A stretch of 64,000 nt of DNA from positions 338,384-402,383 of the IMG/VR virus record IMGVR_UViG_3300027985_000918; one strand, given 5' to 3'. The position numbers and the translations under genes were made by a program. The notes beneath the pieces were generated by a model. The model worked only from the letters and a program-made list of their open reading frames with translations, was not told where the DNA came from and searched no databases. Positions within the stretch are counted from its first letter, which is position 1. Each line of letters opens with the position of its first letter. Below, one piece after another: positions 26,893-35,907 of the stretch.

Positions 26893-27438
26893 CTATGCCG
26901 GGGCGGGCTCCAGTTGCTCCAGGAAGATTCGAGGGATGGAGGCAATACGTCGCCAGGACCTCAGCTCAAACTCAATGTACGCATTGTCTCCGTCGAGACC
27001 GATGACTTTCCCACTCATACTGCGGAACTTCCCCTCCATGACCGTCACCACCGAACCGATCTCCACCTCTGCGGCGATCATCTGTTGGAGCTGACGTCGT
27101 AGGGATTCGATTTCCGAATCGGGGAGGACGGAGAGGGTTCTCATACGGTGAGGGCCGGATGTGGTAGACATCACGGAGGAGACATAGGGACGTCTCTCCA
27201 GGGCAAAGTACGTGGCCTCAGGGAGCCCCGAGGCCACGAACACATAGCCCTCCATCAAGTGGATGGTGATGACCTTGGACTGCTTCCGGTAGATAGCCGT
27301 GGGGATGAAGATGGGGAAGTCCGCATCGACGCCGAGGTCCATCCTCAAACAGGTACTGAGGATTCCTTCCTCAACCTTCTGCTCACCAAGCCGACTCAGC
27401 TCAATGGCGATCCAAGTTGTCCCATCCCGTGTGTCCAC
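26893..27438 (-). CDS. nusG: NusG-family transcription elongation/antitermination factor
   Basis: NGN domain (IFIPT..LMEGYVFV) plus KOW (IGSVVTVMEGKFRSMSGKV..IEFEL). Confidence 0.8.
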   Translation of the reverse strand: MDTRDGTTWIAIELSRLGEQKVEEGILSTCLRMDLGVDADFPIFIPTAIYRKQSKVITIHLMEGYVFVASGLPEATYFALERRPYVSSVMSTTSGPHRMRTLSVLPDSEIESLRRQLQQMIAAEVEIGSVVTVMEGKFRSMSGKVIGLDGDNAYIEFELRSWRRIASIPRIFLEQLEPAPA

Positions 27439-28873
27439 CTGCGGCTACCCCGTCAAGTTCGACGATTCGCAGTGCAAGAAGCCGGGCGAACAGCATTGCA
27501 TCAAAGGACGAAAGTTTCCCCGATGGCGAAGTTTGGCCTTGGGTTCCCTTGCTCTTCTTTGCGACAGCACGGTAGTCTACGTGAACTCCGTTCCCGGTCA
27601 ACTCCGAAAGTTTACCGGGCCGTTCAGAACTTTTAGCAGATTTGTGGTGAGTTTGGGAAGTTTCTTCTTCCCGCACAGGAGCCGGGGCTTGGGCTGAAGG
27701 CTGCGGAACCCCAGTAATCATGGCCTGGGGGATTCCCACGGGAACCTGCTGGACGATCACCGTAGGAACCCCAGAACCAACCACCCCGTGATGCAATGAA
27801 GCCAGATCGCACTTGAGCATCGCCCCCGAAGGTCTCCCGGGTCGGGAAGCCAGTCGGCTGGCATACCCCATGAGGACCTCGCCCCTCTTCGCCACCTCAG
27901 CGATCTTCTCAGGCTTCCAGTACACCACCGGACGGGGACCTCCCAGGTACACCTGATAGGCCAGCATGCTGGCCTCGGCCAGACGCTGGTAGATGGTGGA
28001 AGGGCTGACCCTCTCCAGCAGAAGGTCTACCGCTTGGTAGGCCATCGAGAGCCCCCAGTTGGGAGAGGGTTCCCCCTGGGGGTTCACCTTGATCCCCAGA
28101 GAGTTGATGACCGTCAGATACAACCCAATCTGGTCCAAGCGGAGGTACTGGCTGACGTTATCCTCGTTGATGACCCCCAGCATCGAGACCCCCTCGACAG
28201 CCTTGAGGGCATCTCGGATGTGGCACTCGGTGACAGTGGCGATAGTCGTGAGGGCGTCAAAATCTGCCTCGATCCCCTCCTGCTCGCAGATCTCCTGGAG
28301 ACGCCTGGAGATCACATCGGGGGTCAGAGCCTCTATGACAAAGGCCGGGGCGCACCGGGACAGCACCGTGTCCCGCATCTTCTCCGGCTCAGTGGTGCAG
28401 AAGATGCAAACAAGCTGTTTGTCGTCGCTCCCCGAGACCTTGTCCTCCAACGGCTTCAGGAGGGCATCCAGAGCCTCCTTGCTGAGCTGGTGGGCCTCAT
28501 CAAACAGGTACACCCTTCTCTTGCCCGAGAAAGTATCGTACTTGATCTCTTCCTTCAGCCGGTTGATGTCGTCCTTGCCGCTGTTCGTAGCGGCGTCGAC
28601 CTCGGAGAAGCAGTCCGAAGAGCCATTATCCAGGATGGACCGGCAGGAGGGGCACTCGTTGCAGGGCCCCCCTTCCTGAGGGTTGTCACACAGCAGAGCC
28701 CGAGCCAGGATACGCCCCAAGGTGGTCTTCCCGGAGCCGAAACCCCCAGCAAAAAGGTACGACTGCTGGAACCCCCTACCAGACGCCACGAAGCGGCGGA
28801 GGATGGTCTTGGTCGCCTCTTGACCCAGAACTTCGTCATAGGATGTGGGGCGGTATTTGAGGTCGAGGCTCAC
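27401..28873 (-). CDS. dnaX: DNA polymerase III gamma/tau clamp-loader ATPase
   Basis: LKYRP..EVLGQE, Walker A GSGKTT, Zn module C..PCNECPSC, EVDAA, LFDEAHQL, TTE, SRC, IRDAL. Confidence 0.92.
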   Translation of the reverse strand: MSLDLKYRPTSYDEVLGQEATKTILRRFVASGRGFQQSYLFAGGFGSGKTTLGRILARALLCDNPQEGGPCNECPSCRSILDNGSSDCFSEVDAATNSGKDDINRLKEEIKYDTFSGKRRVYLFDEAHQLSKEALDALLKPLEDKVSGSDDKQLVCIFCTTEPEKMRDTVLSRCAPAFVIEALTPDVISRRLQEICEQEGIEADFDALTTIATVTECHIRDALKAVEGVSMLGVINEDNVSQYLRLDQIGLYLTVINSLGIKVNPQGEPSPNWGLSMAYQAVDLLLERVSPSTIYQRLAEASMLAYQVYLGGPRPVVYWKPEKIAEVAKRGEVLMGYASRLASRPGRPSGAMLKCDLASLHHGVVGSGVPTVIVQQVPVGIPQAMITGVPQPSAQAPAPVREEETSQTHHKSAKSSERPGKLSELTGNGVHVDYRAVAKKSKGTQGQTSPSGKLSSFDAMLFARLLALRIVELDGVAAGGHTGWDNLDRH

Positions 28874-28880
28874 GGTGCTC

Positions 28881-29159
28881 CTACCTGCGGATCTCCCAGA
28901 GGATCAAGGTACCGTCGTCTTCCCGAGCAGCCAGGAAAGGGCCGTTCTCCCGGAAGAACACCTTCAAGGTCTCCGGAGTCCACTCCTTCAGGGTTGCCAA
29001 CCTCTTGTGGCTCTGGTCGACCTTGCCAGGTCCCTCAGACAGATAGGGGACCGGAGCACAATCCTCCCCGTTGCTGTAGGCATACGGCAAATCCCGGGTC
29101 AGGGACTTACGGATCTGCTCTTCCGAGTTCAGATGGTGGATGACTTCCAAAGGCCACAT
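28881..29159 (-). CDS. Hypothetical protein (92 aa)
   Basis: Fills the operon gap with tight spacing on both sides. Confidence 0.5.
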   Translation of the reverse strand: MWPLEVIHHLNSEEQIRKSLTRDLPYAYSNGEDCAPVPYLSEGPGKVDQSHKRLATLKEWTPETLKVFFRENGPFLAAREDDGTLILWEIRR

Positions 29160-29162
29160 GGC

Positions 29163-29645
29163 TCAGTCCCCTTCGGGATCGTCGTCCCCGAACAGCTCCG
29201 TGATGATGTCATCATCGGGCTTGGCCCCGGAGGTACGCCAGAACCCGTGGCGCTCGACCTCGTCCTTGTAGAAGGCCACGTCGGGAGGTTGAACAAAGAA
29301 CCTGCACTCACCGCCGGGCTCCTTCTCCACAGCCCGGCACCCGCAGAGATGATGATCCAGGAGGGCGATCTGCTGCTCTGTGCTGTACTCCTGCCACACG
29401 TCGTGACCGAGGGTGATGATGAACTTGTAGTCCACCTCTCCCAGAATGCCGAACAGCTTGTTGGCCTTGGAAGTCTTGCCGCTGATCACGGCATCTCCGC
29501 TCTTGCTGGCCTTCTCCTTGAAGATCACGGCGATCTCATCCACGCACACAATCAGGTCAGGGTGGTAGTTTGCCACCAGGTCCTTCAGGGTCTGGTAGAC
29601 CTCAGGCGGGGCATTCCAGGTGGTCTGGGTGTTCTCTTCGGACAT
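29163..29645 (-). CDS. Putative phage metallopeptidase-like protein
   Basis: FIITL..DVW....EQQIALLDHHL..PPDV.FY..EVERHG pattern; start refined to 29645. Confidence 0.6.
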   Translation of the reverse strand: MSEENTQTTWNAPPEVYQTLKDLVANYHPDLIVCVDEIAVIFKEKASKSGDAVISGKTSKANKLFGILGEVDYKFIITLGHDVWQEYSTEQQIALLDHHLCGCRAVEKEPGGECRFFVQPPDVAFYKDEVERHGFWRTSGAKPDDDIITELFGDDDPEGD

Positions 29646-29659
29646 AGCAATCCCTCTCG

Positions 29660-30439
29660 TCAGTAGGTGATCTCGAAGGCTCTCCTGAGCCCTTCCGGTC
29701 CTTGTCGGTCCCACAACTCCCCCGGGTCTTTCACCCCGTGGTATGGGACCTGGCGGTTATCAATACCCGCATATGTCAGTTTTCGGAGCGCCCCCCAGCG
29801 CTCCTTCCCCGTCTTCTCGTCCAGGTACCCAAACGTACCCTTCTTCCCATCCTCATCATTGTCGTAGACAACGTGGACGGTAGCCCCCACCCCCATCTGG
29901 GTGAGGCGTGCCCCCTGACGAGACTTCGTGACAGCGCAGAACCTCTTGAGGAACGCCAGATGGCGGGGGCCCAGGAAGCTCCTTCCGGTCGCCAGGGACA
30001 CGTCCGAAGAGGGGATGGCCCACTCCAGAGGGGACGAATCGAAGAACCCCTTGGAGACCCAGACGTCCCCACCGGCCCAGATCTTCTCCATCACCGATGG
30101 CCGCATCCCCAACCAGATGGGGTTCCAGGCGGCCTCGGGCAAATAGAACTGGCTGGACTTGTACTCCTTGCTCGGGTTGGGGTTCCGGGCCTCGAACCCA
30201 ATCAAATGACCCCGGGGGCTATAGAGGGGGATGACGGCCCAGCCGTCAATCCACTCGCCTCGGCCCTCAGGGCCATAGCGGTGCTTCCACGCTGGATCGT
30301 CGTGGGGAGTCTTGAGGGGGCTCCAGGTTTTGATGCCCAGCTCTGCGATGGTGGTTTCCCGAGCCCCCCGCCCAAGGAGATAGCCCTCGATGTCCTCGGA
30401 CAGCTCTAGCCTACTTAGGGCGGTCTCCAGAAACGACAC
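29660..30439 (-). CDS. dnaG: DnaG-like TOPRIM primase core (no Zn finger; atypical K at the catalytic E position)
   Basis: PLYSPRGHLIGFEAR, VWVSKGFFD, VVYDNDEDG, KDPGELW; GTG start at 30439 behind GGAGG. Confidence 0.7.
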   Translation of the reverse strand: MSFLETALSRLELSEDIEGYLLGRGARETTIAELGIKTWSPLKTPHDDPAWKHRYGPEGRGEWIDGWAVIPLYSPRGHLIGFEARNPNPSKEYKSSQFYLPEAAWNPIWLGMRPSVMEKIWAGGDVWVSKGFFDSSPLEWAIPSSDVSLATGRSFLGPRHLAFLKRFCAVTKSRQGARLTQMGVGATVHVVYDNDEDGKKGTFGYLDEKTGKERWGALRKLTYAGIDNRQVPYHGVKDPGELWDRQGPEGLRRAFEITY

Positions 30440-30977
30440 TTGGTCCTCCCGTGGCGATGGCAATTCCTCGGGCGGGGTTGTGGACCACCGCCACCAGGTC
30501 CCCTCGGGATACCCTTCCCCAGCCTCCGACGAACTCCCTATCCCGGGGAACAACCACTACGGTCCCCTGGGGGACCCAAGGGGCCTTGGAGACGGGGGTA
30601 CCATCACTGAGAGTGATGTCCAGCTCCATGGACGTGATCGCTTCAACCTCCCCCAGCTCATACAGGCGGACGTGCTGAAGAGCAGCCTTGATGCCCTCAC
30701 TGGACAAGGGGTGGATGTTCCCCCAGTCGTACTCCCTACCCGCCCCCACAACAGCCAGCACCACCTCATGGAAAAGCTGATCTGCCGATGTGTCCAGGCG
30801 GAAGGCGGCATTCACCGTGTTGTCCTGGGAGCACTGAGGAATCCAAACCAGGCTCCGGCTGGCGGTTACCAGGTAGGGTCCAGTCTCCGGGTTGACATGA
30901 AAAGTCAAGATCCCCACCCGCCCCTCAGGCGGGAGGTCCTTCTTGGCGAATCGAATGCGGTGTAGAAGGTTGCTCAT
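30411..30977 (-). CDS. Hypothetical protein
   Basis: ATGA overlap with the upstream stop at 30974-30977. Confidence 0.55.
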   Translation of the reverse strand: MSNLLHRIRFAKKDLPPEGRVGILTFHVNPETGPYLVTASRSLVWIPQCSQDNTVNAAFRLDTSADQLFHEVVLAVVGAGREYDWGNIHPLSSEGIKAALQHVRLYELGEVEAITSMELDITLSDGTPVSKAPWVPQGTVVVVPRDREFVGGWGRVSRGDLVAVVHNPARGIAIATGGPSVVSGDRPK

Positions 30978-31528
30978 CGAAACCAGTTCCATGGCCAGGC
31001 GGGGTGATCCCAGGAAGACCTCACAATCGGGTCTGCTGGAGGTTCCCCTTCCTCGTCATCCTCATCCCCAGTGCTGCTCTTAGAACCCCCTTCAGAGGGG
31101 GTCTCCGACTCCATTGGAGGAGGCTCAGGGAGGTCATCCCCCAGAACCCACATCAATGCCGAAGCCACTGGGAACTCGGGGTGTTTTTCTCCCCTCCGAG
31201 ACCCGATCACCAGATCTCGGTAGTCCTCTGCGAACTGAGCCCTGATCTCGTCCTTGGTCTGGCGGGAAATCCAGAAAGGGCATTCCCTTGCCAAATCGAC
31301 ACCCCCGTGCATCTCGTCACAAATCCACCCACCTCGGTCATGGTGAATACACACCGCTGGCGACGCTGCGGGCCTGCTCCGTCCCGGGTCGTCGGGCTCG
31401 ATGTGGTAGGGCTTCCGGTTGAAACCACAGGTATCCGGCTTCTGCTTGAAGTTGTCCTTCATCCGCCGCTGGAGCTTACGGTAGAGGACCTGCTTGAGCT
31501 TCTGACGGATCTGTCCTTCGGTCTTCAT
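30974..31528 (-). CDS. Hypothetical Cys/His-containing protein with acidic tail
   Basis: Start refined to 31528 behind GGAGG; C..C.HH..C..C spacing. Confidence 0.55.
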   Translation of the reverse strand: MKTEGQIRQKLKQVLYRKLQRRMKDNFKQKPDTCGFNRKPYHIEPDDPGRSRPAASPAVCIHHDRGGWICDEMHGGVDLARECPFWISRQTKDEIRAQFAEDYRDLVIGSRRGEKHPEFPVASALMWVLGDDLPEPPPMESETPSEGGSKSSTGDEDDEEGEPPADPIVRSSWDHPAWPWNWFR

Positions 31529-31559
31529 AGGTGTCCTCCCCGGCTCTCGGGCCGTCTTG

Positions 31560-32201
31560 TCACCGTACCCGCTGGAAAGTGGCTTCTCCACCCTTCTTGA
31601 CGATCCGATAGGAGCGGTCCGCCGCCTCGAACAGTGCCGGGTTGTGGGTCACCATGAGGATGTCGATGTCGAGCCTCTTGCACAGCTCAGACAGGAAAGA
31701 CCCCATGTTGGAGATGTAGTTGGAGTCAAACGCAGGGAGTGCTTCGTCCAGCAGGATGAACCGCCGAAGATCCCGCCGCATCATCACGATGATGCGTAGG
31801 AGAATGCTCTGGACGGTAAGCACGGATCCCCCAAAGGCATCCGTGGGGAGCCCTTCAATGGTGGTCCCGTCGGGGAGCTTCTGGACAGTCAGAAGGTCCA
31901 CCGACACCTTCCCCCGCTGGATGTCGATGCTGGCTTTGACGGAAAGATCCTGGTCATCGAACACGGCCTGGAGGCCTTCGGTCTGAAGATCTTCGACAGC
32001 CTTGACCCCCGCCTCCACCTCCTTGTCGATGAGGGTGCGGAGAAGGGAGCTGGTCATCTCCAGCAGCTCTTCCTCATCCTCCAGAGCACGGATCTTGCCC
32101 TGGAGCAACTGGAGGGCTCGCCGCAGGCCGTCCCTCAGTCCCTTGGCCTCAGAGGCTTGGGACTGAAGACGACTCAAATCTGGGAGAGGTTGCAACATCA
32201 C
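31560..32201 (-). CDS. sbcC: SbcC/Rad50-like ATPase, C-terminal half (213 aa)
   Basis: Short coiled coil, then signature FGGS, Walker B ILLDEA, H-loop VTHN; no Walker A. Confidence 0.8.
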   Translation of the reverse strand: MMLQPLPDLSRLQSQASEAKGLRDGLRRALQLLQGKIRALEDEEELLEMTSSLLRTLIDKEVEAGVKAVEDLQTEGLQAVFDDQDLSVKASIDIQRGKVSVDLLTVQKLPDGTTIEGLPTDAFGGSVLTVQSILLRIIVMMRRDLRRFILLDEALPAFDSNYISNMGSFLSELCKRLDIDILMVTHNPALFEAADRSYRIVKKGGEATFQRVR

Positions 32202-33364
32202 TTCCGCAGCCAGGCCATGACCACCAGGTACTTATCATCTCCCCGGTCCTCACGGAAACGAACGAACCCACTGGTCTTCCGAGTGTTGACACCGAATCGG
32301 AGAGTCGCACCGCTCGAACCGGAAAGGACCTTCTGGAGACAAGTCACCGAGAGCTGGAACTCAGGGATGACAGCGTCGGGCTTGGTCTTAGACCCCCGCC
32401 CCTCTTCGGCCGGGGTGATGTCGAGGGTCTTGAGATTTCCCGTCGTGGCAATCATCCCGAGTTGGATCGGGCTGTCGTTGTCCACCCGAGAGAAGAACAG
32501 CCGGTTGTCATCCTTGTCCGACCCGGACTCCAGGAACATGATGGCCGACTTCAGCTCGTCTCGGGGCAGCTCCCACCACCACTCGTCGTCCCAGTGCATC
32601 GGGAGAGACATCGTGGGGAACTGAGCCTGGTACTTGCTCTCCCCGAACACGGCACCATCCTTGCGCCGCAACAGGAACCCCCTGGGATGCTCCAAAATCT
32701 CCACCACTTCATCCGAAGGGAAAGACGCCAGGAACTTCAGAATGGGGCCAATGTCCTTGACGAACACCCGCAGGGTGCAGTTCTCCAACCCCTTGACAGA
32801 AATCTCACACCCCGCCTTCTTGTCGTTGGCGAGAAAAGACCCCTGGCGAATCTCCGTCACGCAGTGCTGGGGGCTGGAAGATTCCATCTTCAGGTCTCCC
32901 ACGAACTGCCGGGAGAAGCTCAGGGCGTCTGCCAGGCGGCCCGCCTCGATGGTTGACGTAACCGTGACTTCCTCCATGAGGCCATCCCAGTAAGGAAACG
33001 CCTTGGGGTCCAAGGAGCGGAACTCCTGAGACCCCCTGGGAGCCTTGGCGGTGACCACCTTCTCATCGGAGTCGTAGATGAACTCCAATGTGGCATCCGA
33101 CACCGACCTGAGCCACTGCTTCAGCCGCTCCCCCTCGATAGTGAACGCCTTGTCGGAGTCATCATCCAAATCCCCAACGGTGGCGACAAACGGGCAAGAG
33201 CTGGACAAGCGCCCCGAGAAGGTCAACACTTCGGCCTTCCCGTCCGTCCCCGCCAGAGGGCGGAAGACAAACTGAGAGGACAGCTCAGTGTCTGTCCCGG
33301 ACATAGAGCTGGACACCACAGTGAGGGCAGCATCCAGGTCCCTCTTGGCTACGCTGATCTTCAT
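32198..33364 (-). CDS. dnaN: DNA polymerase III beta sliding clamp
   Basis: MKISVAKRDLDAAL.., LTFSG..S, FTIEGERL, FPYW, IEAGRL..ALSF, F.ESKYQAQFP, LPRDELKSAI; about 388 aa three-domain size. Confidence 0.75.
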   Translation of the reverse strand: MKISVAKRDLDAALTVVSSSMSGTDTELSSQFVFRPLAGTDGKAEVLTFSGRLSSSCPFVATVGDLDDDSDKAFTIEGERLKQWLRSVSDATLEFIYDSDEKVVTAKAPRGSQEFRSLDPKAFPYWDGLMEEVTVTSTIEAGRLADALSFSRQFVGDLKMESSSPQHCVTEIRQGSFLANDKKAGCEISVKGLENCTLRVFVKDIGPILKFLASFPSDEVVEILEHPRGFLLRRKDGAVFGESKYQAQFPTMSLPMHWDDEWWWELPRDELKSAIMFLESGSDKDDNRLFFSRVDNDSPIQLGMIATTGNLKTLDITPAEEGRGSKTKPDAVIPEFQLSVTCLQKVLSGSSGATLRFGVNTRKTSGFVRFREDRGDDKYLVVMAWLRK

Positions 33365-33639
33365 CACCCATCCTCCCGAAGGAATGGCGCCAGGTCCTTC
33401 TCTGCCTGAGACACCTTGTTTTCCAACTCTTCTACAGCGGTGTCGTATCGCTTCTGGAGCTTCGTAATGCTGTCGTCCAGATTGTCGGGCTCCAGGCCCT
33501 TGGAGCGGCACTCCTCCTCGATACGGGCCACTTCCTCCCGAGCTGCTTCAAGGCGGCCCTGGAGACGCTGGGTTTCCTTTGCCACGGCATCCCGCCTGGC
33601 AATTGCCTGGCTTAGACGCTTCTTCCGGTCGTCACTCAT
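33364..33639 (-). CDS. Small coiled-coil protein (91 aa), possible middle piece of split SbcC
   Basis: Almost entirely heptad-like helix; coupled start and stop overlaps. Confidence 0.55.
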   Translation of the reverse strand: MSDDRKKRLSQAIARRDAVAKETQRLQGRLEAAREEVARIEEECRSKGLEPDNLDDSITKLQKRYDTAVEELENKVSQAEKDLAPFLREDG

Positions 33640-33857
33640 TCCGCCCCCTGAAACCTTGGCACCCCGTACTTGTCGCACAGGGCGTCATCTTCTTCCTGGT
33701 TGAATGGGACCCCCATCGCAGAACGAATCTTCCTCATCTCGGACACCTTGTGACACCCCAGGCCGCAGAACTCTCCCCCATAGGGAGTGCTCGGGGCCGG
33801 AGTCACTAGCTGAGGCTTGCCGCACGCCATGCAGAATCTAGGTTGCCTACCCCACAT
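33636..33857 (-). CDS. Small Zn-finger-like protein (73 aa)
   Basis: CMAC..FCGLGC; ATG 33857 behind GAGGG. Confidence 0.5.
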   Translation of the reverse strand: MWGRQPRFCMACGKPQLVTPAPSTPYGGEFCGLGCHKVSEMRKIRSAMGVPFNQEEDDALCDKYGVPRFQGAE

Positions 33858-33864
33858 GGTCCCT

Positions 33865-34974
33865 CTACCCCTCGACCGCCTTGGTACGACCCCCCGAACC
33901 GAAGGTGAAACGCTTGACCCCATCCTTGGAAGGAAGGCTATCCAGGAGACCCGGGGCCTTGACCCTACGGTTGTCCTCCTTCTGGGCCTGACGAGCGGGA
34001 CAGACTGACTCATAGTCACACAGGTGGCAGTTGTCCGGCGACGGGCGGGCCTCAAACAGTTCCTTGTCCATACTCGTCCGAGCCTCCTTGGCTCGGTGGG
34101 CCAAACCCTTGAGGTCTTCCTTCGTGAAGGGAACCCAGATGACCCCCGGAGCGGGGTCCCGGCCCTCGTAATGGGCCAAGGCAATCCGCTTGCTCTTTCG
34201 GGTGTCCTCGGTGACGGTCATGTCCCCCGCCTCAGCCTTGTAGCGCTCGATCTCTTCCGCCCAGTCGTACCCCTCAGGGTAACGGAAATAGATGAACCCT
34301 AGCTTGTCGGGCATGACCTTGTGGAACAGGTAGAAGCATAGGGCATACCAACGGAGCTGGTCGGGGTTCGTGTATGTGATGGGGACCTTCTTAGTGCGGT
34401 CCCAGTATTCCCGTCCGTTCTTGCCGTCGAGGATGATGATCCCCTTGTTCGGTTCGGAGTCTCGCCGGATGAGGAAGTCCATGCGCCCACCGACAGGGAT
34501 AGAGTAGGGATTCCCCGCCTTATTCCTGGTCTTAAGTGTCCCCAGGTAGTTGACCTCGGACTGAGCGTAGGGTCCGATCAGCTTGTGGGCCTTGAACGTC
34601 CGCAGAAACCCCTTCACCCCGTCGTTCACGATACGGAACATCTCCTCCCGGGTCATGTTGGCAACCCGCCAATCTACAAACCTCTGGGAGAGAGCCAGCT
34701 TGAACTGCTTCTCGATCTCCAGGTCCAGCCAATTCTTCAACTCAGCGGGGTACTGCCACCTCTTCTCGTTGTAGAACAGCTCCAGCACACCCTGGATAGC
34801 ATCCCCCATCAAAGCGTGGTGTTCCGATTTCTTGACAGGGACCGGCTTCTTACGGCCCGGACCCCCACCCACGTCGATGTTGCCCCAGCCACGTCCCCAG
34901 AGGAAGCTCTGGGGGCACTTCTCGTAGGTGTCGAGGCTGGACCAGTACAGAGTGAAAGGGCGCCGATCCATCAC
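33865..34974 (-). CDS. PD-(D/E)xK RecB/AddB/Cas4-like exonuclease (369 aa)
   Basis: SSLDTYEKCP, GRMDFL, IILDGK, QLRWYAL, C-terminal CHLCDY..VCP (split Fe-S cysteines). Confidence 0.85.
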   Translation of the reverse strand: MMDRRPFTLYWSSLDTYEKCPQSFLWGRGWGNIDVGGGPGRKKPVPVKKSEHHALMGDAIQGVLELFYNEKRWQYPAELKNWLDLEIEKQFKLALSQRFVDWRVANMTREEMFRIVNDGVKGFLRTFKAHKLIGPYAQSEVNYLGTLKTRNKAGNPYSIPVGGRMDFLIRRDSEPNKGIIILDGKNGREYWDRTKKVPITYTNPDQLRWYALCFYLFHKVMPDKLGFIYFRYPEGYDWAEEIERYKAEAGDMTVTEDTRKSKRIALAHYEGRDPAPGVIWVPFTKEDLKGLAHRAKEARTSMDKELFEARPSPDNCHLCDYESVCPARQAQKEDNRRVKAPGLLDSLPSKDGVKRFTFGSGGRTKAVEG

Positions 34975-35825
34975 TTATCCTCCGACACGTCCAGGAGGAC
35001 TGGGCCGGTCCTTCTGGTCTTAGCCACCGGGATGACATGCCTTCCCTGATCATCACGGAAAGGGTTGTGCAGCTTGATCTCGGAGGCTTCCTTCATGAGG
35101 GTCATAAGAACCATGCGGTTGGGGATCTCGGTGGGGTACTCCCCTCTCTCCGAGACCACCTCGTACCCGTCAATGTCCCTGGCCGTAAGGGTACCCAGAC
35201 GAGTTACCTGCCGGAACTCCATCGACACCTGGAAGCCGGCACGCCCGCTTGGGAGCGGCTCTGCCATGAGCTTCCGGTATACGTAGGTGATGAGGGATGT
35301 GTCCTGACCGGCAGCGTGGGCCTGGTTGTCTGAGAGAGACCGGAACTCCTTTTGGAGGGAGTCACAGGTGTCCATGAACGCCTGCTCGGCGTCCTCCACA
35401 GACTGGCCCTCCTGCCAGGAGGAACGGCGGACCAAGACCCGGGGGGTCGAAGGGGCCTTCCCCAACACAAGATGGTCCTTGAACTCATCTGCATCGAAAG
35501 CGGGGCGGACTCGCCCGACAATGACGGCATCGGGGATCAGCATGTCCTCGGGGAGGGCGATCTCCCCAGACTCCATCTGCTTGACCATGCTGTCCCCGTA
35601 CACCGAGCGCAGGGTCTTGAAACTGACGGCCTGGGTGAGATACCGGCGAAGTTCCTCAGGGATATCCGAAACCTTCGGAGAAACCCCGTCCCGGGAAGGA
35701 TCATTCCAGAGTTGCCGAAGCAGCCCCCTCAACTCCCTCAGCTTCTCGACAGGGTTGTGCTGAACCAAGGTCCAGAGTGCCACAATGTGGGGATATGTAA
35801 GAGGTTCGGCGAGATTGTTGGACAA
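34971..35825 (-). CDS. Hypothetical protein (about 284 aa)
   Basis: TTG start at 35825 behind GGAGGAG; the upstream part of the listed ORF overlaps the neighbouring gene. Confidence 0.55.
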   Translation of the reverse strand: MSNNLAEPLTYPHIVALWTLVQHNPVEKLRELRGLLRQLWNDPSRDGVSPKVSDIPEELRRYLTQAVSFKTLRSVYGDSMVKQMESGEIALPEDMLIPDAVIVGRVRPAFDADEFKDHLVLGKAPSTPRVLVRRSSWQEGQSVEDAEQAFMDTCDSLQKEFRSLSDNQAHAAGQDTSLITYVYRKLMAEPLPSGRAGFQVSMEFRQVTRLGTLTARDIDGYEVVSERGEYPTEIPNRMVLMTLMKEASEIKLHNPFRDDQGRHVIPVAKTRRTGPVLLDVSEDK

Positions 35826-35907
35826 AGTAGCTCCTCCATTTCTGGGGGACTCTACTCCGGAAGGGAAACAAAGGGGGCCCCTGTTGATCAAAAAACAGGG
35901 GTTCTGG

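Noticed and set aside
33865-34974. Cas4-like nuclease as evidence of a CRISPR system
   Set aside because: No repeat-spacer array or other cas genes seen; standalone Cas4/AddB-like nucleases are common in phage recombination modules.
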